Of a stretch of 64,000 nucleotides of DNA, positions 51,045-60,668 are shown one piece after another; within the stretch, counting starts at the first letter, position 1; each line of letters starts with the position of its first letter. The stretch is from positions 2,752,001 through 2,816,000 of the forward strand of contig CAWEEQ010000004.1 of the NCBI GenBank assembly GCA_963808235.1, in the 5' to 3' direction. This DNA is from an uncultured delta proteobacterium (lineage in GTDB: Bacteria > Desulfobacterota > Binatia > Binatales > Binataceae). The notes beneath the pieces were generated by a model. It was not told the DNA's origin, searched no databases, and worked only from the letters and a program-made list of their open reading frames with translations. The position numbers were made by a program, and so were the translations under genes.

Positions 51045-52082
51045 ATGCAACAGCAACACACTCCGACGAACCAAATCAACGCGAACAACTTACCAGCCGG
51101 CATTTCCCGCGATGGCGCGGCGTGGCCGTTCCAGCCTGCGCCGATGAGTCAGCCGCACGAGGGCGATGCGAAGAGGCTAATCGCCGAGGAGGAAAAGTCG
51201 ACGGCCAACGGCGTGTCGCGCGACTTCTTCGATTACGACATTCCAATCAGCAAAAAGCCGGGGCTCGACGGCTACCTGGAACTGATTCGCCGCCGGATTG
51301 CGGGCGACTACGAGATCGATGAGTTCGGCTGCGACCCGCTTTACGGACAGATGTGGTGGCCCCTCTTCGAGGTGCTGTACCGCAATTACTGGCGCGTCGA
51401 ATCGACTGGGGTCGACAATCTGCCGGGCTCGGGCCGCGTGATGATTGTCGCGAATCACTCGGGCGGATCGTACGCATGGGACGCAGTTATGATTTCCACC
51501 GCGCTACACCTCGAGCATCGGCAACCGCGCTTAGTCAAATACGTTTCGACCGAATTTTTCTATGACACCCCGTTCCTGTCGTTCGATAACCGCAAGAAAG
51601 GGGCGGCTCTTGCCTGCCGCGAGGATTTCGCGAGGTTGCTCGAGCGCGATCTCGTGGTTGGTGTTTTCCCCGAAGGCGCCAAGGGATTCTTGAAACCCAG
51701 CGACAGGCGTTACCGGGTGCAGCGGTTCGGCCGCGGCGGTTTCGTGCAGCTCGCGATGATGACTCGCACGCCGATTGTCCCGGTCGCCGTGGTCGGCGGC
51801 GAGGAACTCCATTTCTCGCTCGGTAACTCGCGGCTGCTCGCAAATTTGATCAACCGTTTTATTCCACAGGAACGCGCCGACAGCTTCCCAGTCCTGCTCA
51901 ACATGCTGCCCCTGCCGGTCAAGTGGCGGATCGAGTTCTGCGAGCCCATCGACATGAGTTCGTACGGGGCCGAAGGAGCCATCGATACGCTCCTGGTCCA
52001 GCAAGTTACCGAACAGGTTCGCTCGCAGATCCAGGAAGGGCTCGATCGGAATCTCGCGATGCGCAAGACGATGTTCTGGTGA
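51045..52082 (+). CDS. Lysophospholipid/DGAT2-like acyltransferase
   Basis: DYEIDEFGCDP, VANHSG....WD, VFPEG, FGRGGFV, PIVPVAVVGGEE. Confidence 0.9.
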   Translation: MQQQHTPTNQINANNLPAGISRDGAAWPFQPAPMSQPHEGDAKRLIAEEEKSTANGVSRDFFDYDIPISKKPGLDGYLELIRRRIAGDYEIDEFGCDPLYGQMWWPLFEVLYRNYWRVESTGVDNLPGSGRVMIVANHSGGSYAWDAVMISTALHLEHRQPRLVKYVSTEFFYDTPFLSFDNRKKGAALACREDFARLLERDLVVGVFPEGAKGFLKPSDRRYRVQRFGRGGFVQLAMMTRTPIVPVAVVGGEELHFSLGNSRLLANLINRFIPQERADSFPVLLNMLPLPVKWRIEFCEPIDMSSYGAEGAIDTLLVQQVTEQVRSQIQEGLDRNLAMRKTMFW

Positions 52083-52151
52083 GCCACCGCGCGGGCCATC
52101 AGCCGATCGGCGCTAAGGTGACGCTCGGGCAGATGGTCGCGGCCTGAAAAG

Positions 52152-52490
52152 CTACGGCCCGACGGGGCCAACGTCGTGCGAGTTCGGGTTCAGCTGTCCG
52201 GCTCCCCATTGCGAGCCGGGCAGCGTTGGGAGTCCTTTCTCGTCGGGGGCGTCGGGACCGTCGACGGTGATTTCTCCGCCGCCCGGAATCGGAATCGTCA
52301 CGCTGTTGGGATTGGTAAAATCGTCGGGCGCGGGCATCGTCAGGTCGGTCGGCGATTCATAGCTGTTTGCCGCGTCGCCGTACGAAGAATCAGGCATCGG
52401 CACCGTCACGTCTTGCGCCATCGCGATGCCGCCTGCAAAGAGCAGAGTCACGGCAATTGCGAATGCAAGTTTGACGTGTCCTAATGACAT
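52152..52490 (-). CDS. Small exported acidic/Pro-rich hypothetical protein
   Basis: Signal peptide (LAFAIAVTLLFAGGIAMA-Q) and an acidic low-complexity mature region. Confidence 0.6.
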   Translation of the reverse strand: MSLGHVKLAFAIAVTLLFAGGIAMAQDVTVPMPDSSYGDAANSYESPTDLTMPAPDDFTNPNSVTIPIPGGGEITVDGPDAPDEKGLPTLPGSQWGAGQLNPNSHDVGPVGP

Positions 52491-52527
52491 TGCAATCGAT
52501 TGTTACACGCGCCGGGGAGGAATCGAA

Positions 52528-53136
52528 ATGATAAAAATGCATGGCACCTCGATGTCGCGGGCGGCGCGAAGCCTGTGGGCACTCGAAGAATTCGGGCTCA
52601 AGTATGAGCACGTCCCGGTCGGTTTCAGCGGCGAGCTCCAGAAACCGGAATACCTCAAGATAAATCCGAACGGGCACATCCCCGCGATTGAAGACGGCGG
52701 CGCAGTCGTGTGGGAATCGATGGCGATCAACCTCTACCTGGCCGAAAAGTACGGCAAAGCCCCAATGTGGCCCGCGACGGTCGAGCAGCATGCGGCTTGC
52801 TACCAGTGGAGTTTTTGGGGCATGACCGAAATCGAACCGCTGCTGATGACCCTTCTGGCGAACCGGATGATGCTTCCGCCCGAGCAGCGTAACGAGAAAG
52901 CGGCAGCCAAGGCGGTCGAGGACTTAAAGAAGCCGCTCAAGATCCTCGACGCGCATTTGCACAATCGCGAGTACTTACTCGGCAAAGAATTCACAATTGC
53001 AGATCTGAACGTGGCGTCGGTCTTGAGCTTGGCGGTGTTGGTACAACTGGATCTTTCGGCAACTCCGAACGCGCAAAAGTGGTTGCAGAAGTGCATGGAA
53101 CGCCCGGCGAATCAGAAGGCAATCCGCATGAAATAG
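52528..53136 (+). CDS. Glutathione S-transferase
   Basis: MSRAARSLWALEE, INPNGHIPAIED, WESMAINLYLAEKY, YLLGKEFTIADL. Confidence 0.93.
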   Translation: MIKMHGTSMSRAARSLWALEEFGLKYEHVPVGFSGELQKPEYLKINPNGHIPAIEDGGAVVWESMAINLYLAEKYGKAPMWPATVEQHAACYQWSFWGMTEIEPLLMTLLANRMMLPPEQRNEKAAAKAVEDLKKPLKILDAHLHNREYLLGKEFTIADLNVASVLSLAVLVQLDLSATPNAQKWLQKCMERPANQKAIRMK

Positions 53137-53269
53137 TGCGGTACGGCAAATTTGAGGTGGAATCAGTCGAAGGCTGCCGTATTGACTTTGTTTGGCCTCA
53201 CTGTAGCTTTCATGTCGCGATACTTGCACGCTTGTGACGTGGAAGAGTTCAATGGCGCAAGGTGACCTG

Positions 53270-53986
53270 ATGTCTGCCTGCAGGCAATGTGGCAAACAAA
53301 ACCCGGAGGGCACAGTATTTTGTGGTTATTGTGCGTCCTCGTTGGCGCCTGCGAAACCTCCTCCGCCGCCGCCCTCGCCAAAGCCACCGGAGCCGCCGCC
53401 GTCTGTACTTAGGCACGAGGTAAAACAACAGCCAGCTCCGGCAAAGGTCTTCAAACCTTCCCATGGCGCGCCGCCGCCTTCTGCCGACGGCAAGAGCAGA
53501 AGCATCGAGCTACTGCCGTGGAGTCAACTGTCTTCGGCGCAGAGGGCGGGACGAATTGGAGCGGGCGTCGTCGGCGTGCTTTTGATTTTCTTCTTCCTGC
53601 GCACGGTCCTGCATGGCGTCGGCGGATCGAATGAGAGTGTGTCGCAGCCGCAAGGCTCTGATGTCCCGATGACCGACGGCGATCGCCGCGACGGAATCGA
53701 ATCGTTGTGCAAGGTTTTCCAGATTTACGGCATCCCCAAGAACGAAAAAGATGCGGCCGGATCCGCAAAGAACGCGGCAGAGCTGTTCAAGCTCGCCGGC
53801 AATCAATCGCCCGAGCGCAGCATGTTCATCTTGACAACGATCGCGGCCGAGTTTCGCGAGGGCAAGCTGAAGGAAGCCGATTGTGCGGAAGCGGGCGCCC
53901 CACTCGGTACGGTCCAGGATAGTGGTTCCCCTGGTGCGGCAGCCACCCCCGCCTTCGACAATGCAGCGCACGCATTCCGCTACTAG
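53270..53986 (+). CDS. Zinc-ribbon domain membrane protein
   Basis: CRQCGKQN..FCGYC N-terminus, Pro-rich linker, one TM segment, C-terminal domain with two Cys. Confidence 0.75.
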   Translation: MSACRQCGKQNPEGTVFCGYCASSLAPAKPPPPPPSPKPPEPPPSVLRHEVKQQPAPAKVFKPSHGAPPPSADGKSRSIELLPWSQLSSAQRAGRIGAGVVGVLLIFFFLRTVLHGVGGSNESVSQPQGSDVPMTDGDRRDGIESLCKVFQIYGIPKNEKDAAGSAKNAAELFKLAGNQSPERSMFILTTIAAEFREGKLKEADCAEAGAPLGTVQDSGSPGAAATPAFDNAAHAFRY

Positions 53987-54021
53987 CTGAGAGGCTTCGG
54001 CACCCTCGACGAGGGTCGCCG

Positions 54022-55455
54022 CTATCCGCGATGGCGGGCGCTCAAGTAATAGATCGGCACACTGCTGAGCGCGATTAGCAATCCCGGCCAGGTTGATCCG
54101 GGCTTCAGAATCAGCAGATCGATCATGATCGCACCAGCCGCGATCACGTAAAGCGCAGGCACAATCGGATAGCCCCACGCGCGATACGGCCGCGGTGCGT
54201 CCGGCAGCCGCCGGCGCAACAGAAACACGGCGGACACGGTCAGCACGTAGAACATCAACTGCGCGAAGATCACGTAATCCAGCAACTCGGAATAAGTACC
54301 GGAGAGCGTTAGCAGCGCCGCCCATACGCCTTGCATCACGAGCGCAACGGCGGGCACTCGGGCGCGATTCAGGCGGCCGGCGGCGGCGAAGAAAACCCGG
54401 TCGTGAGCCATCGCGTATATCACGCGCGCTCCCGTCAGGATCAGCCCGTTCGCGCACCCGAAGGTGGAGATCATCACCAGGATTGCGGTAATCGTGGCGC
54501 CGGCCCTGCCCCATACGACCTCCATCGCGGCGGCCGCCACGCGATCGCTGGTCGCATGTGCGATTCCCCGACCCAACACAGTCGCCGCGCCAGCCTGCCC
54601 CGACACCGGAAGCACGCAAAGGTACGCAACGTTGACGAGTATGTAGAGCGCGATCACGACTCCGGTTCCAAATGCGAGCGCGAGCGGGAGATCGCGCTTT
54701 GGATTTCTCACTTCCGCGGCGGCGAAGGTGACGCTCGCCCACGCATCGGCAGAAAAAAGCGCGCCGACCATCGCAGCGCCGAAGATTCCGGCCGAGGCAA
54801 TCGAGAAGGAACCGGTGCCCATGAATGCGGCCGAGCTGGCGAAGTTTGCATGTATCGCGGCGGAATTCGGCGCGATCAAGCATCCAAGCGCCACGATCAG
54901 GCACAGCGAGAGAATTTTTGCGCTGGTAAAGGCGTTCTGCAGCAACTTGCCCATGTCGAGACCGCGCAAGTTCGCCGCGGTCAGCACCGCAATGACGATG
55001 ATCGCGCCGGCGCGCTCGCCGGAAAGACCGACGCCGCCGGCGCCGATCCAGAGTTGCGAGCCGAGCACCGGCCACATCACTCCCGCGAAACGCGCGAACG
55101 CAACCGCGACCGCCGCAATCGTGCCGGTCTGGATCACCAGCAACAGCGTCCAGCCGAACATGAACGCCCACATCCCGCCATACGCCTCGCGTAGGTAGAC
55201 GTATTGGCCGCCGGCCTGGGGCATCATCGCGGCGAGCTCGCCGTACGCGAGCGCTCCGGCAACGGTCATCACGCCGGAAATCAACCAGACCAGCAGTAGA
55301 GCGCCGGGCGTGTGCACCTGGCGCGTAATATCGGCGGACACAATGAAGATGCCCGAGCCAATCATCGAGCCCGCGACCAGGGTGACCGAGTCGAAGAGCG
55401 AAAGGCCTCGCTTCATTTCAGCGGGCGCGGCGGCAGATTGAGCAACGCTACTCAT
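54022..55455 (-). CDS. APC-family amino acid permease
   Basis: GSMIGSGIF, ELAAMMPQAGGQYVYLREAYG, AEVRNPKRDLP, RPYRAWGYP. Confidence 0.94.
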   Translation of the reverse strand: MSSVAQSAAAPAEMKRGLSLFDSVTLVAGSMIGSGIFIVSADITRQVHTPGALLLVWLISGVMTVAGALAYGELAAMMPQAGGQYVYLREAYGGMWAFMFGWTLLLVIQTGTIAAVAVAFARFAGVMWPVLGSQLWIGAGGVGLSGERAGAIIVIAVLTAANLRGLDMGKLLQNAFTSAKILSLCLIVALGCLIAPNSAAIHANFASSAAFMGTGSFSIASAGIFGAAMVGALFSADAWASVTFAAAEVRNPKRDLPLALAFGTGVVIALYILVNVAYLCVLPVSGQAGAATVLGRGIAHATSDRVAAAAMEVVWGRAGATITAILVMISTFGCANGLILTGARVIYAMAHDRVFFAAAGRLNRARVPAVALVMQGVWAALLTLSGTYSELLDYVIFAQLMFYVLTVSAVFLLRRRLPDAPRPYRAWGYPIVPALYVIAAGAIMIDLLILKPGSTWPGLLIALSSVPIYYLSARHRG

Positions 55456-55583
55456 TGCGAACGCATCCTAGCATCAGCGGACGATGAGTGCGCGATCTAT
55501 CGGGGCCTGAAAGGTGCGTTGATCTATCCTGAAAGCGGGACTTAGGTGTAAAGAGAAAATAGTTGGCGCTCAGGAGGCGACGG

Positions 55584-56162
55584 ATGCCGGCAAAGAAGAA
55601 GACCGCGAAAAAGACGAAGCGCGCGGCGAATCCTGCGCTCAGGCAGGTCGAGCAACTGCGCAAGACGGTCAAAGTCCTCAAGATGAAGCTCGAGCGCGAG
55701 ACCAAGGCGCGGAGAATCGAGGCGCGTATCAAGAGCGAGGCCGAAAAGGCGAGCGCGCGATTGACCACCCAGCTCAAGGCTCTGCGCGACCAGGGGAAAA
55801 AGATCGCCTCCGAATTGAAATCCGCGCTGGGCGATGCGAACCGGCGTGACGCCGCGCGCAAGGAGGCCTTGTCCCGAATCGCGGATTTAAAGGCGCGATA
55901 CGACAAGACCTCGGCCGGGCTCAAGGCGGAACTCGCGCAAAAGACCTCGGATTTGAGGCATAAGTCCGAGGAGCTGATGAAGCTCGCCGGCCAGTCAGCG
56001 CATCGAGCTGCCGAGATAATCCGCGGCCATGAGCATCATGAAGCCGCCGAACCCACAGCCGGCTCATCGGAATCATCGTCATATACCTCAGCGGAGCCGA
56101 GCCTTCCGGAAGACCACGGCGAAGGCCCTCCAGGCGACAAGGGCCCTGACGAAGAACGTTGA
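55584..56162 (+). CDS. Hypothetical coiled-coil protein with basic N-terminus and acidic C-terminus
   Basis: AGGAGG RBS; MPAKKKTAKKTKR followed by a long heptad-like K/E/L/A region. Confidence 0.7.
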   Translation: MPAKKKTAKKTKRAANPALRQVEQLRKTVKVLKMKLERETKARRIEARIKSEAEKASARLTTQLKALRDQGKKIASELKSALGDANRRDAARKEALSRIADLKARYDKTSAGLKAELAQKTSDLRHKSEELMKLAGQSAHRAAEIIRGHEHHEAAEPTAGSSESSSYTSAEPSLPEDHGEGPPGDKGPDEER

Positions 56163-56307
56163 CAGATCCTGTCGAGCGTCGAGCCGAAGCGGGAAATTTC
56201 ACAATTTTCGGGAACGAATCTTCCTGAACGGCTGATCTTTCGTGCGGATCGATACGAGGGAGGGCGCGCCCGAGGACACGCGGCGCGTTCTCAGCACAGT
56301 GCTCCGC

Positions 56308-56359
56308 AAGCGAGGCTCCCGCGCGCCGACGGCTCTGAACGGCGCGCGGGATCTCGCTT
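56308..56359. terminator. Long hairpin between convergent genes
   Basis: TCCCGCGCGCCG/CGGCGCGCGGGA 12-bp stem extended by AAGCGAG/CTCGCTT; no strong U-tract. Confidence 0.45.
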
Positions 56360-56375
56360 CAGAACGGCAAAAGAA

Positions 56376-56573
56376 TTACGGCGCCGCCGGGCTGGCCGCT
56401 GCAGCGGGGCTACTGGCGTCCGCCGGGCTGGCTGCCATCGCGGGACTCGAAGCGTCGCTCGCTGCTGCGGAGGCCGCCGCGTCGGGAGCGGCCGGCGCGG
56501 TCTCTTCGGATTTGCTGCATGCCGCGGCAGCGAAGAACATCGAAACTAGTGCTAGAAGCAGGACCTTGCGCAT
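56376..56573 (-). CDS. Small Ala/Ser/Pro-rich lipoprotein (65 aa)
   Basis: MRKVLLLALVSMFFAAAAC lipobox-like signal; AAGGAG RBS. Confidence 0.75.
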   Translation of the reverse strand: MRKVLLLALVSMFFAAAACSKSEETAPAAPDAAASAAASDASSPAMAASPADASSPAAAASPAAP

Positions 56574-56803
56574 CGCTTTCTCCTTGATTGCTCGGTGTTC
56601 GCCTTGGCGCAAAACTCGAAACGCGCCAAGAATACGATAGGTGCGGCGCAACTTCAAGCCGCAATCAGCATCGTTATCCATATCAATTTTACGCTTTATC
56701 TGAGCCACAGCACAGAAAAAATTTTGACTATTTCGCAGCCATCTGTATCATTCGATCATTAACCGCATGGCTGAGCGGCGGCTGGATGTGGTGGAGGGAT
56801 AGG

Positions 56804-57034
56804 GTGGAAGAGCGAAGCCTTTTTTTCAATGGCGCTGCGCGGGCATCTCGTCACGGGTCCGAGATCGTAGAACACGATCTCGATATGGTACGCAGATGGG
56901 AGCGTCCTGCGCCGGTCTCGGGACGACTCTCAAAGATACTCAACTGGCTGATGCCGGTGGAGCGGAAAGTAGGACCGCCGATGCGCTCGGTGGCGCGCGA
57001 GCTGGAAGAGGCATACCCGGCGCGCGACCTCTGA
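56804..57034 (+). CDS. Small hypothetical protein
   Basis: GTG start after GGAGGG; 76-aa ORF fills the gap before the RidA-family gene; no family recognised. Confidence 0.4.
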   Translation: MEERSLFFNGAARASRHGSEIVEHDLDMVRRWERPAPVSGRLSKILNWLMPVERKVGPPMRSVARELEEAYPARDL

Positions 57035-57070
57035 GACCCGCACCCGGTTCGATAACCGGGAACCCCGGAG

Positions 57071-57574
57071 ATGAAGATGAGTGCAATCTCGCGAATCTCC
57101 ACCAATACCCCGTGGGAACCTGTGGTGGCCTACTCGCGACTGGTAAAAGCAGGCAGCATTGTCGCGGTTTCCGGCACCACGGCCACCGACGAGCACGGGC
57201 TAATCGTCGGCGCCGGGCAGATGTACGTGCAGGCGCGCCAGGCGCTCGCGAACATCCGGACTGCGCTCGAGCGCGCGGGAGTTTCCCTTCACGAGGTGGT
57301 GCGTACGCGGATGTTCGTCACGGACATCGGACGCTATGCGGAAGCCGCCCGTGCTCATCGCGAGTTTTTCGCGGATTCGCCGCCGGCGACCACGATGGTT
57401 GAAGTGCGCCGGCTGGTTCATCCAGACATGCTGATCGAGATCGAAGCGGACGCGTATGCGGGCGTATCGTCGAACTCCTCGAGTCCCGCGAAGCCGAAGA
57501 CCGCATCAAAGGCGAAGGCGGCGCGGAAAACTTCGCGCAAATCCGCGCCGAGAAAAGCCGGGCGCCGTAAGTAA
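57071..57574 (+). CDS. RidA/YjgF family protein with a Lys/Ala-rich tail
   Basis: WEPVVAYSR, VSGTTA, VVRTRMFVTD, PATTMVEV, LIEIEADA. Confidence 0.9.
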   Translation: MKMSAISRISTNTPWEPVVAYSRLVKAGSIVAVSGTTATDEHGLIVGAGQMYVQARQALANIRTALERAGVSLHEVVRTRMFVTDIGRYAEAARAHREFFADSPPATTMVEVRRLVHPDMLIEIEADAYAGVSSNSSSPAKPKTASKAKAARKTSRKSAPRKAGRRK

Positions 57575-57579
57575 CTCAA

Positions 57580-59076
57580 CTAGGGTTCGATCGAGGCGGC
57601 GTGGATTCCTTCGGCGCCGCTGGCCGAGTGGAATGCGCTCGCGGCGGACATGATATACGGTTCGGGATAAACTCCGATCGCTATCGTTGCGAATGCCGCC
57701 AGACCGATCGCCGCGACCAATGCAGGGCGCGCGCTCATTCGCTCGACTTCGACTCCGCCCTCCTGCATATACATAGCGACTAGTACATAGAAGTAGTAAT
57801 AGGCGGAGACTACGCTGTTCAGCACTGCGAGTACTACCAGGTATACGTAGCCCTGCCGCAACGCACTACTGAAAATATAGAACTTGCCGAAGAACCCTGA
57901 GAGTGGCGGGACTCCTGTCAGCGATAGTAAGAAAATAGCCATTGCGCCCGCCAGCAACGGCTGACGTTCGGCGAGTCCACGGAAGTCACTGATCAGATTG
58001 CTCGCGGCGCCGCGATGCTCGAGCGCAATTACTACCGCGAATGCGCCAAGGTTCGTGAATGCGTACGCGAGTAGGTAGTACAAAATCGCCCCGCCCGCGT
58101 GCACACCGGCAGCCATCCCGAGCAGAAGATATCCCGCGTGTGCGATCGCCGAGTACGCGAGCATCCGCTTGATATTCGTCTGCACGACGGCGATCACATT
58201 TCCGGCGGTCATGGTGAGCGCGGCAATCACCCACAGCACCGATTGCCAATGCGCGCCGAGCGCGCCGAAGTCCACCAGGAAGACGCGAAGAAAAGCGGAG
58301 AACGCGGCCGCCTTCACGCCCACCGCCATAAAAGCGGTCACCGGCGTGGGCGCGCCCTCGTAAACGTCAGGCGTCCACATGTGAAATGGCACCGCCGCAA
58401 CCTTGAATCCAAATCCGATTATCAGCATCCCAACGCCCAGCAACAGCATCGGATTCGAACCCATCGCGCCAGTCGCGATCGCGTCATGAATAGGCCCGAG
58501 CTTGATGGACCCGGTCGCTCCGTATACGAGCGCGATTCCGTAAAGAAGGAAGCCGGTCGAGAATGCGCCGAGCAAGAAGTACTTCATCGCGGCTTCATTC
58601 GACTTTGCGTCGCGCCGAGCGATACCGGCCAATACGTACACCGTAATCGACATGGTCTCGAGGCCAAGGAAAATGACTATCAAATCGCCGGCCGTTGCCA
58701 TGAGCATCATGCCCAGCGCTGAAAACAGTAATAGCGAATAGTATTCGGCGCCGGGGATACTATTCTCGGTGGCGTAATCGAGCGACATCATCACGGTGAA
58801 CATCGCGGCGATCAGAATGACTATTTCGAAGAACGCCGAGTAGCTATCGATCGCGATCGCGCCCGCAAATGCGAGCCCATTCTGACCGATGATTCCGAAA
58901 GTCAGAACGAGCGCGACGCCGAGCGACGCCAGCGTCAGCAAGCCGAGACCCTCGCTATCGTCATCGGCCAGCCGCACTCCGGCGAGCAGAACCACAATCG
59001 CCGCAATCGCGACTGCAACCATCGGCAGGATTGGTAGCCATACAACGTTGACTGCAGCGAGATTGAAAGGGCTCAT
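57580..59076 (-). CDS. nuoN: NADH-quinone oxidoreductase subunit N
   Basis: EAAMKYFLLG, FKVAAVPFHMWTPDVYEGAP, KRMLAYSAIAHAGY. Confidence 0.96.
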   Translation of the reverse strand: MSPFNLAAVNVVWLPILPMVAVAIAAIVVLLAGVRLADDDSEGLGLLTLASLGVALVLTFGIIGQNGLAFAGAIAIDSYSAFFEIVILIAAMFTVMMSLDYATENSIPGAEYYSLLLFSALGMMLMATAGDLIVIFLGLETMSITVYVLAGIARRDAKSNEAAMKYFLLGAFSTGFLLYGIALVYGATGSIKLGPIHDAIATGAMGSNPMLLLGVGMLIIGFGFKVAAVPFHMWTPDVYEGAPTPVTAFMAVGVKAAAFSAFLRVFLVDFGALGAHWQSVLWVIAALTMTAGNVIAVVQTNIKRMLAYSAIAHAGYLLLGMAAGVHAGGAILYYLLAYAFTNLGAFAVVIALEHRGAASNLISDFRGLAERQPLLAGAMAIFLLSLTGVPPLSGFFGKFYIFSSALRQGYVYLVVLAVLNSVVSAYYYFYVLVAMYMQEGGVEVERMSARPALVAAIGLAAFATIAIGVYPEPYIMSAASAFHSASGAEGIHAASIEP

Positions 59077-60668
59077 GGTGCGACCGCCGCGAGCTCAGGT
59101 TCGCGAATCGTTACGCTTCTTGCGGGAGTGATCTTCGTTTCAATTTTGGCGAGTCGATGCGGATTGCGCTCTTCGTCGAGGCGCGCCTGCGCAACATTGG
59201 TGCGGGCGAGCATCGCGGTCACCGAGGGCTCTATCCTGCTGATAAGCGGGCGTGGGAATAGGCCCATCAAAAACATCAGCGCGATGATCGGCACCATTAC
59301 GGCGATTTCGCGGCGGGTCAAATCTTGAATCGCGTCATTTACCGGCTTGGTGATCGGCCCAAACATTACCCGCTCGTAGGTCCACAGCATGTAGAGCGCT
59401 TCGAAAATTACGCCGAGCACGGCGATCACAACCGCGGGTCGCATCCGTATGAAAGCTCCAACCATGATCAGAAACTCGCCAACGAAACCGTTCAAACCGG
59501 GCAGCCCTATCGACGAGAGCATAACGACCATGAAGATCGCGGCGTAAACGGGCACGCGGTGCCACAGTCCGCCGAACTCGGAAATCTCGCGCGTGTGACG
59601 GCGCATATAGAGCATCCCAACCAGCAGGAATAGCCCGCCGGTCGAGACGCCGTGATTGAGCATCTGGTAAATCGCGCCGTCGACGCCCGCGGGATTGAGC
59701 GCGAAGATTCCCAGCATTACGAATCCCAAGTGACTAACCGACGAATAGGCAATCAGGCGTTTCAAGTCGGGCTGCATCATGGCGACCAACGCGCCATAGA
59801 TGATTCCGATCACCGCGAGCGCCATGAACAGCGGAATCGCTTCGATTGCGACCTCGGGAAATAGCGGAATCGCGAAACGCAGAAATCCATAGGTGCCCAT
59901 CTTGAGCATCACGCCGGCCAGGATGACCGAGCCGGCGGTCGGCGCGTTGGTATGCGCGTCGGGAAGCCAGGTATGCACCGGCCACATCGGGACTTTGATC
60001 GCAAAGGCAAGCGCGAATGCAGCGAACAGCCAGCGTCCCTCGGCCTTGGTGAGCGGCACCTGGTAGAGCAACGGCAAGTCGAAGCTGGTGCGGCCAAAAT
60101 GTATGCGCGCCAAGTAGACCAGGTACAGTATCGAGACCAGCATCAGCAGCGAGCCGACCATCGTGAACAAGACGAACTTGACGGCGGCGTAGATTCTGCG
60201 GCCATGACCCCAGATGCCGATCAGGAAGTACATCGGAATCAGCATCAACTCCCAGAAGACGTAGAACAGGAAGAGATCGACCGCGAGCAGAGCGCCGAGC
60301 AGCCCGGTCTCGAGCACCAGCATGAAAAAACAGAACTCGCGGGGTCGTTCTTCGATGTCGCCGCCGCCGGAATAAAGAATCGAAAGAGTAATCAGGACAG
60401 TAGTCAGTAAGACCAGAAACAGGCTAATCCCGTCAATACCAAGATGGTATGTGATCCCGAACGCCGGAATCCAATCGTATTGCTCAACGAACTGGTAATC
60501 CGCGAGCTTAGGATTGAATTCATAAAGAATATAAAAACTCAGGGCCAGTGGGAGCAGCGAGAAGATGAACGCAGAGTTCCAGATGGCGCGCGTCTCGCTT
60601 TGCATCAAGATGAACAGAGCGCCGAGCAGCGGCAGAAATATCAGCGCTGTCAGCAATCCGCTGCTCAT
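59073..60668 (-). CDS. nuoM: NADH-quinone oxidoreductase subunit M
   Basis: FYVFWE, KVPMWPVHTWLPDAH, LKMGTYG, LPGLNGFVGE. Confidence 0.96.
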   Translation of the reverse strand: MSSGLLTALIFLPLLGALFILMQSETRAIWNSAFIFSLLPLALSFYILYEFNPKLADYQFVEQYDWIPAFGITYHLGIDGISLFLVLLTTVLITLSILYSGGGDIEERPREFCFFMLVLETGLLGALLAVDLFLFYVFWELMLIPMYFLIGIWGHGRRIYAAVKFVLFTMVGSLLMLVSILYLVYLARIHFGRTSFDLPLLYQVPLTKAEGRWLFAAFALAFAIKVPMWPVHTWLPDAHTNAPTAGSVILAGVMLKMGTYGFLRFAIPLFPEVAIEAIPLFMALAVIGIIYGALVAMMQPDLKRLIAYSSVSHLGFVMLGIFALNPAGVDGAIYQMLNHGVSTGGLFLLVGMLYMRRHTREISEFGGLWHRVPVYAAIFMVVMLSSIGLPGLNGFVGEFLIMVGAFIRMRPAVVIAVLGVIFEALYMLWTYERVMFGPITKPVNDAIQDLTRREIAVMVPIIALMFLMGLFPRPLISRIEPSVTAMLARTNVAQARLDEERNPHRLAKIETKITPARSVTIREPELAAVAP

